A stretch of 64,000 nt of DNA from Candidatus Enterousia intestinigallinarum (GTDB lineage Bacteria > Pseudomonadota > Alphaproteobacteria > Rs-D84): contig DVJI01000012.1 of assembly GCA_018716885.1 (NCBI GenBank), positions 175,065 to 239,064 on the forward strand, read 5' to 3'. The notes under the pieces are model-generated. The model saw only the letters and a list, made by a program, of their open reading frames with translations. It made no database searches and was not told the DNA's origin. Each line of letters begins with the position of its first letter. Within the stretch, counting starts at the first letter, position 1. This document shows positions 29,956 through 38,806 of the stretch, piece by piece. Made by a program: the position numbers and the translations under genes.

Positions 29956-31170
29956 TTATTTCCGTTTTACACGCAGGAACGTTTTCTTGCCCTTTTGCAC
30001 CATAACTTCATCAGCGGGTGCAATATCACATTTCCAATCGGTGATTTTATTGCCGTCGATTTGAATGCCGCCCTGCTCTATCATACGGCGCGCCTCTGAC
30101 TTGGACGGAAACAGTTTTGTTGCAACCAGAAAATCAACAATGTTCATCGGTGCCGAAAAATCCAAATCAATACTGGGCACATTGTCCGAATTGGCACCAC
30201 CGGCAAACAGTGCATCGGCCGCACTTTCCGCCGCCACCGCCGCATCACGACCGTGTGCGATTTCCGTTGCGGCAAACGCCAAAATCTTTTTTGCAGTGTT
30301 CAATTCAGCACCCTGCAGTTTAGACAGTCGTGCAATTTCATCCAACGGAATTTCCGTAAATATTTTCAAGAATTTTTCCACCAAATCGTCCGGAGTATTA
30401 CGGAAGTATTGATAGTATTCATATGGGGACGTTTTATCTTCGTTCACCCATACAGCATTACCCGCAGATTTGCCAATTTTTTCGCCACGCGCATCCGTAA
30501 TCAGCGACGTGGACAGGACAAATGCCTCTTTGCCTAATTTTTTACGTATCAGTTCTACGCCCATAATACTGTTACCCCACTGGTCAGCACCACAGAACTG
30601 CAACGTACACCCGTATTTCTTATACAGCGTCAGGAAATCAACCGCCTGGAAAGTCATATAGTTAAATTCCAAAAACGTCATCCCGTTTTCCAAACGTCTG
30701 CGCACACTTTCCATAGACAACATACGCGGCACAGTAAAATCAGTACCAAATTCGCGCAGAAATTCCATATGCCCGTAATTTTTCATCCAATCGTTGTTAT
30801 CAACCATAACGGCATCGGTTTCACCATCACCAAAGTGTATAAACTTTGAAATAGATCTACGCAGCCCCGCACAATTATGTTCAATCTGTGCATCAGTCAG
30901 CATTGGACGTCCCTTATCCCGGCCGGACGGATCACCAATACGCCCCGTCGCGCCACCAACCAGCGCAATCGGACGATGTCCGTATTTCTGGAACCAACGC
31001 ATCAGCATCAACGACGCCAAATGCCCCACGTGCAACGAATCACCCGTTGGGTCGGTACCCCAATATGCTGTAACCCGCCCCGCGTTCAATGCATCGTTCA
31101 ACCCGTCCAAATTAGACGACTGATTTATAAAACCGCGTGCTTCCAATTCCCGCAACAATTCATTTTGCAT
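29956..31170 (-). CDS. tyrS: tyrosine--tRNA ligase
   Basis: DPTGDSLHVGH, GADQWGN, KIGKS, C-terminal S4 domain. Confidence 0.98.
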   Translation of the reverse strand: MQNELLRELEARGFINQSSNLDGLNDALNAGRVTAYWGTDPTGDSLHVGHLASLMLMRWFQKYGHRPIALVGGATGRIGDPSGRDKGRPMLTDAQIEHNCAGLRRSISKFIHFGDGETDAVMVDNNDWMKNYGHMEFLREFGTDFTVPRMLSMESVRRRLENGMTFLEFNYMTFQAVDFLTLYKKYGCTLQFCGADQWGNSIMGVELIRKKLGKEAFVLSTSLITDARGEKIGKSAGNAVWVNEDKTSPYEYYQYFRNTPDDLVEKFLKIFTEIPLDEIARLSKLQGAELNTAKKILAFAATEIAHGRDAAVAAESAADALFAGGANSDNVPSIDLDFSAPMNIVDFLVATKLFPSKSEARRMIEQGGIQIDGNKITDWKCDIAPADEVMVQKGKKTFLRVKRK

Positions 31171-31184
31171 ATTCTAAATCCCCT

Positions 31185-31568
31185 TTAACGTGTTTTGTTA
31201 CTGTGCAAAAACAATCGCAAATTATTTGTACTATTCATTGTCGGCGTAATACCGCGCCCCCACAGTGCCCGCGCCAACGCGTATCGAAAATATATACCGT
31301 CACAAAATCCAAACCTGTCTGAAATAAAATTTTTAATTCTGTACTCGCTAACCGGTTCTATAGTTAAATTCAAACGACCGCGATATACCCAGGCCGTCGG
31401 AATTATAAAATCTTTCGCCCCCAAGCCACACACAACATCGCCACGCCGCATCCCATCCGTAAAACACAATGGAAAAACCTGTCTGTACACAAAACCACGT
31501 CCACGCTTTAATAACACCGCGTTTCCCAAAAAATTTTCTTTTATATCATCAACAACGTACTTTTTCAT
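31185..31568 (-). CDS. hypothetical protein
   Basis: ORF with AAGGA RBS before MKKYVV. Confidence 0.55.
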   Translation of the reverse strand: MKKYVVDDIKENFLGNAVLLKRGRGFVYRQVFPLCFTDGMRRGDVVCGLGAKDFIIPTAWVYRGRLNLTIEPVSEYRIKNFISDRFGFCDGIYFRYALARALWGRGITPTMNSTNNLRLFLHSNKTR

Positions 31569-31669
31569 ATAAAAATCCTTATTATAGAAAATACCACCAG
31601 ATATGCGAATTTTCCACAAAATAATAACGGGGGCCATCTTGCCCCCGTTATATGTTACATTATTTACAT

Positions 31670-32473
31670 TTAGTTTGCGGTCAGTTCGTTTATGGCACTG
31701 ATTGCATTCAACGTACGCGGATATCCGATATACGGCACCAACTGCGTTACTGCATCAACCATAACATCGCGCCCATTTCCAACGTTCAGATTGCCTGCAA
31801 CGTGACCACGAACCTGTGCGTCCGCCCCACCCATAGACACCAACAGCACCAGCGTCAGCAATTCACGTGTTTTGAAATCCAAGCCATTTCGTGAATAATA
31901 ATCACCAAAGCAATTCTGGGTCAGGAAATCTTCAATATGCGCCAAATCTGGCAAAGCCGCCGCGTGACGCGCCGCAACCGCATCAGGCCCACCGATTACG
32001 GCCCCCTGGGTCTGGGTACCCGCCGTCATACGCGCATCTGTATCAGACGACACAGTCGCCTGGGACGCCAACGGCAGTTTTATTCCACGTTCTGCAAAAA
32101 CTTCGTTTGTCAAAACTATGGAATCATAAACCTTGGCCAGGCCGACATACGGTATCGCGTGATAGACAACTTCCTTGATGGCAACTGGATCAATTCCGTC
32201 GTCCAACGCACTGTTTATCTGCGCACGCAATCCATCACGCGATTGTGTCGCAACGTGGGCGCCAATCACAATATAATGGCGCATATCCCGGCTTAAATTG
32301 CCGCGTGTTTCAACATCATTTTTTATAAAATTATCCAAAACTGCAGCAATATCTGGATCTGTTTGTTTTATATCTGACATTTTACTTTTCCCCCCACAGT
32401 TAAAACCTATTACAACGCCGACGGCAACCGCCGCCACAACTGCGATAATTCCCCACAACCATTTCATTTGCAT
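31670..32473 (-). CDS. carboxymuconolactone decarboxylase family protein with N-terminal membrane anchor
   Basis: Two CMD-like repeats (PYVG; FGD.YSR.GLD.KTRELLT...H...NL.VGN...PYIGYPRTLNA). Confidence 0.9.
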   Translation of the reverse strand: MQMKWLWGIIAVVAAVAVGVVIGFNCGGKSKMSDIKQTDPDIAAVLDNFIKNDVETRGNLSRDMRHYIVIGAHVATQSRDGLRAQINSALDDGIDPVAIKEVVYHAIPYVGLAKVYDSIVLTNEVFAERGIKLPLASQATVSSDTDARMTAGTQTQGAVIGGPDAVAARHAAALPDLAHIEDFLTQNCFGDYYSRNGLDFKTRELLTLVLLVSMGGADAQVRGHVAGNLNVGNGRDVMVDAVTQLVPYIGYPRTLNAISAINELTAN

Positions 32474-32479
32474 CCCCTT

Positions 32480-32593
32480 TTACTTATACTGTTCATCAGT
32501 TACTGGATCTTGCCAGGTAACCTGATTGTTCGGAATATTCGGTTCAAAAGATAGTGCCAACCCAAAGAATACGGGTATTTTGAAGTGTTTCAT
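32480..32593 (-). CDS. small hypothetical peptide (37 aa, MKHFKIPVFF...)
   Basis: Strong RBS GGGGAGG; lies between the MerR-type promoter and the CMD gene. Confidence 0.45.
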   Translation of the reverse strand: MKHFKIPVFFGLALSFEPNIPNNQVTWQDPVTDEQYK

Positions 32594-32619
32594 TATATCC
32601 TCCCCTGAATCCGTGGACA

Positions 32620-32653
32620 ATTATAAACCCTTGACCTTTCTCTAGGTCAAGGG
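32620..32653 (-). promoter_or_regulatory. MerR-family type promoter/operator (TTGACC-19-TATAAT with dyad)
   Basis: 19-bp spacer and palindrome CCCTTGACCT-N6-AGGTCAAGGG overlapping the -35. Confidence 0.65.
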
Positions 32654-32670
32654 CTTTTTTTGCTTTTATT

Positions 32671-33423
32671 TCAAAATTCATAGCGAATTGCGAACATTAT
32701 CTCGTGTTCGGAAAAATCGCGTCGGGTTGTTCCGATAGAATACTGTCCCAAATCAGTATACCTGTATGCTACATCAATATTTGCATCTGGCGTCAATCCA
32801 AAACTAATCCCGGCGCCAGCAGCATATATAAAACGATTTACAGACGATGTCACACTTTCATAAAGCGGATTTCCACCCCACGCCATTGCCGTATTTATCT
32901 CAACAGCCGCATTTTCACGTATATGCCCAGTTCCTATTCCACCAGTTATAAATACAGAATTATGACAACACGGTTCAACAAGATCTATATCTGTGTACAT
33001 AGAATGCGTATAACGCGTACAGAACTGAAATACATCATAATAGGCATTTGCCATAAATGTTTGAACACGGCTTTTCAAAGTATATGTTGACGGATAACTT
33101 AAATTATGCGGATATGATCCACTAACACCATTTTTAGTATTCAATGCCCAATTACCAGAAATGGCATAATTACCATATCCATATTCTGCTTCGATACGCA
33201 GGTTGCCAAATCGCCATCCAATTGCCGCCCTGTATGCCGCATTTATATCATCTATGCGTCCGTCAACAATAGTTGATCTGTATGCATCGGGCGTATGATA
33301 CATATATTGATCTGTATCAACAACAAAGTCCGCAACGCCAATTTTGCCGGAAACATACGGATTCGCAAACGACGTCCCTGTAATCAACGCACATCCAATC
33401 ACAGTAATAATTATTTTTTTCAT
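32671..33423 (-). CDS. outer membrane beta-barrel protein (Opa/porin-like)
   Basis: Signal peptide, R.EAEY, FMANAYYD, DVAYRY.DLG, terminal YEF. Confidence 0.85.
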   Translation of the reverse strand: MKKIIITVIGCALITGTSFANPYVSGKIGVADFVVDTDQYMYHTPDAYRSTIVDGRIDDINAAYRAAIGWRFGNLRIEAEYGYGNYAISGNWALNTKNGVSGSYPHNLSYPSTYTLKSRVQTFMANAYYDVFQFCTRYTHSMYTDIDLVEPCCHNSVFITGGIGTGHIRENAAVEINTAMAWGGNPLYESVTSSVNRFIYAAGAGISFGLTPDANIDVAYRYTDLGQYSIGTTRRDFSEHEIMFAIRYEF

Positions 33424-33547
33424 ATTTTTCCCCCTATACTTTGTATATTCACATTGTTCTTTTTCTGACGAAATAAAGCACTAGGAACAAAAACAATAAA
33501 AAAGCCCCGCACATCCGCCGGGGCATATTAGTAACAAACAGGTAATG

Positions 33548-33943
33548 CTATTTTTGATTTTGTTCGTGCAAACGTATCATTTTCTGACACAAAGAACCGC
33601 GCATACTTATCCCTGACTTACGCAACGCAGAACGCAACGCGCGCCGAAATCTGACACGATCAAAACTTAAATTACGCAGTCCCGGCAACGACGAATATGC
33701 CGCATACGCGTGCATATGATCATACGGCGACATTGCAAAATACAAATTATCGCCAAATTTATACGCAACACGCATTTCGTTATTTCCCCAAACGGAAAAC
33801 ACACCGACACGCGTACCGGGGGATAATACCTGTGCGAATTTTATCGGGAACGCCACACCCAATATTTCATTTCGTTTGACCATATTCACGTGCACAATTT
33901 GATTACCAACAGTAAAAGTTGATTTAATCGTATATTTTTCCAT
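33548..33943 (-). CDS. hypothetical protein
   Basis: 131-aa ORF flanked by terminator-like hairpins. Confidence 0.55.
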   Translation of the reverse strand: MEKYTIKSTFTVGNQIVHVNMVKRNEILGVAFPIKFAQVLSPGTRVGVFSVWGNNEMRVAYKFGDNLYFAMSPYDHMHAYAAYSSLPGLRNLSFDRVRFRRALRSALRKSGISMRGSLCQKMIRLHEQNQK

Positions 33944-34104
33944 ATCTTTTTCACTTTTTATCAGACAAAAAATCCGGGGATTTATCCGCCGGATTTTTTT
34001 TAGTTTTTATTACGGTGTCCCGAACCGATTGTCAGATTCGCCCGTTGCATAACGCCGGCCACACGCGCGAAACAGTCGCCGCCGCATTCGGACACACAAT
34101 CGTT

Positions 34105-34974
34105 TCAAGACAACATTTTTGCAACTTCATCGGCCAGATTGTCTTCGCGTTTCTGGATGCCTTCGCCCAGAACGAAGTACGCAAAGCCCGCCAATTTACC
34201 GCCGGCTTCTTCGACAACCTGCTTTACCGTCTTGGACGGATCCATAACGAAGGGCTGTTCTTCCAAAACAGTTTCCGCATAGTATTTGTGAATACGACCC
34301 TGAACCATTTTTTCGACAACCTGTTCAGGTTTGCCCGCTGTCGCGCCAGATTCGATGAACACTTTTTTCTCGCGTTCAACTGCGTCTGGATCAACATCTG
34401 CAATCGTCATATATTCCGGCTTGTTTGCAGCAATATGCATTGCAACCTTGTTACCGATTTCATCAATCTTGTCAGAATCACCGTTGATTGCAACAACAAC
34501 ACCAATCTGTCCCATACCCGGAACCAACGCATTGTGAATATAAGAATAAATGTGATCACCAGAAACCTTGGCAATACGGCGCAGATTCATATTTTCGCCA
34601 ATCGTTGAAATTGTCGCGGCAATATCATCTTTGACAGCTTCCATTGTCGCGTCAAAATCGCCCTTCAATTCAGCGGCCTTGGCGGCAATATCAGCAACCA
34701 ATTTCTGGAACTTGTCGTTTTTCGCGACAAAGTCAGTTTCGGCATTTACCTCTACCACACAGCCCATATCATCGCACTTTACAACCGTGACCAAGCCAGA
34801 TGCAGCAACACGTCCTGCCTTGGACGCGGCCTTTACAATACCCTTTTGGCGCAGCCAGTCGGCCGCCGCTTCGATATCGCCATTTGTTTCGACCAGGGCC
34901 TTTTTGCAATCCATCATACCCGCGGATGTTTTTTCGCGCAGTTCTTGAATCAGTTTTGCGGTTATTTCTGCCAT
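34105..34974 (-). CDS. tsf: translation elongation factor Ts
   Basis: LREKT.AGMMDCKKAL, EVNAETDFVAKN; downstream of rpsB. Confidence 0.98.
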   Translation of the reverse strand: MAEITAKLIQELREKTSAGMMDCKKALVETNGDIEAAADWLRQKGIVKAASKAGRVAASGLVTVVKCDDMGCVVEVNAETDFVAKNDKFQKLVADIAAKAAELKGDFDATMEAVKDDIAATISTIGENMNLRRIAKVSGDHIYSYIHNALVPGMGQIGVVVAINGDSDKIDEIGNKVAMHIAANKPEYMTIADVDPDAVEREKKVFIESGATAGKPEQVVEKMVQGRIHKYYAETVLEEQPFVMDPSKTVKQVVEEAGGKLAGFAYFVLGEGIQKREDNLADEVAKMLS

Positions 34975-35067
34975 TGTATTTCCCCTATAAGTTATGTTTT
35001 TATTTGGTGTCCGCCACGCCATTTGACGTGGCGATCACCGATTTATATCCGCATTTTATTTCAGATA

Positions 35068-35928
35068 TTATTTGTCCGCCTTTTCGGCCTTTTCCATCAG
35101 TTTGCCGCGACGTTCGGCGCGTGCTTCTGATGTTTTGGACTTTTGACGCGCTTCTTTTTCTTTGACATCGGATTCGAAATCTTCGGCCGCAGCGTCCGCC
35201 ATATCGGATTCGACCTTTTTACCGGCCGCACCGCCCAGACGCTTTTCAATACCGGACAAAATCGCGTCAACGAATAAATCGCAGTACAACTGTGTCGCAC
35301 GTGCAGCATCGTCATTGCCCGGCACAGGATAGTCAACCAATTCCGGATTTGCATTTGTATCGCAAATCGCAACGGTCGGAATATCCAAGATTTTTGCTTC
35401 GCGAACGGCGTTGATTTCACGCGGAACGTCAATAACAATCATCGCCTGGGGCGTGCCGTGCATTTCCAAAATACCGCCGAAAATATCGCGCAGTTTTTCA
35501 ACTTCCTTGGTCATAACGCCGACTTCTTTCTTGGTCAGGCCCAATTTTTCAGCGTTTTCAATATCGGATTCCATCTTTTTCAGACGACGGATTGACTGTG
35601 AAACAGTTGTCCAGTTGGTCAACATACCACCCAACCAACGATTATTCACATAGAACTGGCCACAACGTTCAGCGGCGTCCTTGACAATATCTTTGGCCTG
35701 ATGCTTGGTTGCAACAAACAGGATTTTTCCACCCGCGGCGGCGATTGCCTCCAACGCGACCAACGCACGATGCAACAACGGCGCGGTTTTGTTCAAATTG
35801 ATAATGTGGATTTTATCTTTTACCCCGTAAACATACGGTGTCATCAACGGATTCCAGCGACGTGTATGATGTCCAAAATGTACGCCGGCTTCCATCAACT
35901 GCTTCATTGTAAATGTTGGCAGAGCCAT
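35068..35928 (-). CDS. rpsB: 30S ribosomal protein S2
   Basis: EAGVHFGH, RWLGGMLTN, DTN..P..DYPVPGNDD. Confidence 0.99.
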   Translation of the reverse strand: MALPTFTMKQLMEAGVHFGHHTRRWNPLMTPYVYGVKDKIHIINLNKTAPLLHRALVALEAIAAAGGKILFVATKHQAKDIVKDAAERCGQFYVNNRWLGGMLTNWTTVSQSIRRLKKMESDIENAEKLGLTKKEVGVMTKEVEKLRDIFGGILEMHGTPQAMIVIDVPREINAVREAKILDIPTVAICDTNANPELVDYPVPGNDDAARATQLYCDLFVDAILSGIEKRLGGAAGKKVESDMADAAAEDFESDVKEKEARQKSKTSEARAERRGKLMEKAEKADK

Positions 35929-36160
35929 TTGTATATCCTTTGTTTTCTGTTGTTATCCTCGTCGTTCGGAAAAACCAAATTTTCATTTGGACAGAAAATC
36001 GTTTACTGAACGACTGTGTTCTTCACGTAAAAACGTGTAGCCCGATAATAGACCAAATACACATAAAAATCAAGGAAAAATTGGCATTTTTCAAACAAAT
36101 AAATTCCTATACTAAAATTTGACAAATTTATAAATTGTATTACTATAATTTAGACAAAAA

Positions 36161-37996
36161 ATGAAAATTGTACGTACATTTTTAATATTTTGCGCTATCG
36201 CAGTGACCGCATCAAATGCGGGCGCGTTTCAAATTTCGCCACAAACGTCTAATAAAAACTGTACTGACACGGAATACAGAAGACAGCACCCAGAAAAATG
36301 CCCATCTTTTTTGTACACTGCGGCACCGATATTATCGGGTGCAACCGTACTGGGTGGCGCGATCGCACTAATTGGCTTGTCTGGGGCTGCGGGTGGAAGC
36401 GACAGTGCCACGGAATATTACCAGCCCACCCTGGCCGCACCGGACTATGTAGGTGGCGACGTAAGTTCATTACAACTGGCCGCGGTAACATCGGCACCAG
36501 AATACGAAAAAAATCTGACACAGTATAACGACATACGTCTGGCGTATTCTATTGCACGCGGATACACAGGACGCGGCACAATAATTGCCGTTTTGGACGC
36601 TGGTCTGGATTCTTGGCACGGGGCGGCCGTCACGGCCGTGGCCGGTGGTGCCATTGCACCAAACGCAATCGTAAATTCATATAAAATCGCCAATAATCTG
36701 GATTTCGTTTCATACCGTGAAATTGGTGATGCAATCGGACACGCGACAGACGCAAACGTATATAACGCCAGTTGGTCTGTGCCAATGCGTGCAAATGATT
36801 TGCGGTCGCGCAATCAACTGTCAAATCTGACCGATGCAAATTTTGTGAACCAAATGTCCGCGGCAGCCGCGCGCGACGCAATATTTGTATGGGCCGCTGG
36901 CAATGATTCCGACAAACAAAGCAGTGCCCTGTCCGCGATACCAGTTGTAATGCCTGAAATGCGCGGTCACTTTATAAACGTTGTTGCCTGGGACAGCGCA
37001 ACGGGCGCCCTGGCCGAATACAGCAACGCGTGCGGTATAACCGCCAACTGGTGTATAACAGCCCCGGGCAGCAACATAGACACCGGCGCATCAATCGCCA
37101 ACGGCACCAGTTTTGCCACCCCGATAGTATCTGCCGCCGTTGCCGTAATACGCGAAGCATTTCCCTATATGACCGCGCCCCAGATAACAAATTTATTGTT
37201 TGAAACAGCGCGCGATTTGGGCACGCCCGGCGTTGACGCCGTCTACGGTCACGGAATGCTGGATTTGGAACGCGCAACGCGCCCGGTTGGCGCGCCCCTT
37301 GTACCCATAGATGGCGGCGCAATGCAACCATTACAAACGGCGCGTGTATCTGGTGCGATTGCACATAACATAATGGACGCCAACCCGAAATTTGCATACT
37401 TTGACAAATACGGGCGTGCATTTGACGCAAAATTATCAGATGTTATTGAAATAAAAAATCCGGGACTGGGATTTCAGCGTCTGCGCGCAACAGAAGACAT
37501 AAAAATTGCAGAAATTGGAAATTTTGAAATGGGACTGGCCAACAGCGATATCGCCATCGGCGACGGATTTTTGCAAATACGCGACAATAATCTGTTTGGA
37601 TTTGTCGGCACACAAAATGATTTTGAAATCGGGCAATTAAAATTGACCCAGCGCGCCCGCCTGGCGTTCGGGGCGCCACGCGCATCACAAAATTCGATGA
37701 TAAGCAACCTGTCGAACATATATACCGCGTCAATCGATGTATCTGCCAATATCGGCGACTGGTCATTCGGCATATCTGTTCCGGACACGATAATTGGTGG
37801 CACAATGAATTTACACCTGCCAACGGGGCGCGCGGACAACGGCGCCATAATATATAATGATTACGCAGTTGATATGCGTACGCGTCCATCAATCGAATAT
37901 TCTGTATCATATCGAGCTTTTACCGCCAGTTTTGTTGACAATCCATACGGCACGGATGAATTTTTCATTATGACCCGCGGCCGTATAAAGTTCTAG
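36161..37996 (+). CDS. S8 (subtilisin-like) secreted serine peptidase
   Basis: Triad motifs VLDAG, HG, GTSFATP; AAGN oxyanion hole; YGHG.LD. Confidence 0.92.
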   Translation: MKIVRTFLIFCAIAVTASNAGAFQISPQTSNKNCTDTEYRRQHPEKCPSFLYTAAPILSGATVLGGAIALIGLSGAAGGSDSATEYYQPTLAAPDYVGGDVSSLQLAAVTSAPEYEKNLTQYNDIRLAYSIARGYTGRGTIIAVLDAGLDSWHGAAVTAVAGGAIAPNAIVNSYKIANNLDFVSYREIGDAIGHATDANVYNASWSVPMRANDLRSRNQLSNLTDANFVNQMSAAAARDAIFVWAAGNDSDKQSSALSAIPVVMPEMRGHFINVVAWDSATGALAEYSNACGITANWCITAPGSNIDTGASIANGTSFATPIVSAAVAVIREAFPYMTAPQITNLLFETARDLGTPGVDAVYGHGMLDLERATRPVGAPLVPIDGGAMQPLQTARVSGAIAHNIMDANPKFAYFDKYGRAFDAKLSDVIEIKNPGLGFQRLRATEDIKIAEIGNFEMGLANSDIAIGDGFLQIRDNNLFGFVGTQNDFEIGQLKLTQRARLAFGAPRASQNSMISNLSNIYTASIDVSANIGDWSFGISVPDTIIGGTMNLHLPTGRADNGAIIYNDYAVDMRTRPSIEYSVSYRAFTASFVDNPYGTDEFFIMTRGRIKF

Positions 37997-38628
37997 GCAA
38001 CTTCATTATTCGCCACCTGTTCTGGTATATCGGACACCAAACCGCGTTCTTCAATAAACTTTGACAAAGTATCCCGATGCACCCGCAAACGCCGTGCAAT
38101 TTCCTTTTTTTTACTGCCGTCGGCTAATTTTTGAACAATATATTTCTCACGTCCTTCTAACTTGCAGGCATTGCGACTGCCCTGGGGGCGGCCGACACGT
38201 TTACCTTCGGCACGAACACGGGCCAATGCTTCCTTGGTTCGTTGCGAAATCAAATTGCGTTCAATTTCCGCAGACAACCCGAACGCAAAGGCCAAAACTT
38301 TACTGGTTATATCAGACCCCAACCGATAATTATCCTTTATCGTCCATATTCGCGCACCAATGTTCATACAATGATGCAAAATACTCATTATTTGTAATAA
38401 ATTACGCCCAAGCCGTGACAGCTCGGACGCAATTATTAAATCATCTTTTTGAATTCTTTTTATCAACCGTCCTAATTTTCTTTTATTCAGGTCTTTGGTC
38501 GCGGAAATAGTTTCTTCTATCCAACAATCGATTACCAAGTCCTGCTTTTCACAAAACTTTTGGATTTCAAATCGCTGATTTTCCGTTGTTTGGTGGTCAG
38601 TCGACACACGTATATAGCCATATATCAC
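37993..38628 (-). CDS. serine DNA invertase, Mpi (multiple promoter invertase) family
   Basis: YGYIRVST catalytic motif, Q..ENQRFEI, SELSRLGRNL, WTIKDNYRLG.DI.SKVLAFAFGLSAEIERNLISQRTKEALAR (recognised as Mpi-like), C-terminal HTH; GTG start with AAGGAG. Confidence 0.9.
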   Translation of the reverse strand: MIYGYIRVSTDHQTTENQRFEIQKFCEKQDLVIDCWIEETISATKDLNKRKLGRLIKRIQKDDLIIASELSRLGRNLLQIMSILHHCMNIGARIWTIKDNYRLGSDITSKVLAFAFGLSAEIERNLISQRTKEALARVRAEGKRVGRPQGSRNACKLEGREKYIVQKLADGSKKKEIARRLRVHRDTLSKFIEERGLVSDIPEQVANNEVA

Positions 38629-38806
38629 GATACACTCCTTTGGCTGTTTGGCAGATACACGTATCTCTCCCCCGCGAATGCGGCACCCTGTTGCTTATGA
38701 CAAAAATCCTAAAGTTAAAAATCGCAGTCGCAAAAATTTAATTATTTATCTTGTAATATTGACCAGCCCCGTCTATGATTGCTGTATCAACAGGAAGGGG
38801 TATTTT

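Noticed and set aside
34014-34100. GC-rich stem (GTGTCC...GGACAC) after tsf as an ncRNA
   Set aside because: Single copy with no recognisable family features; may be only a 3' UTR structure
37993-38800. Transposon or prophage around the recombinase
   Set aside because: No transposase, terminal repeats or phage genes; no cassette-type site seen adjacent
38648-38806. ORF-track upstream starts for A2M and others (16914, 21849, 27048, 27648, 35022, 53965, 60558)
   Set aside because: Downstream ATGs have RBSs and/or give proper signal peptides or family N-termini
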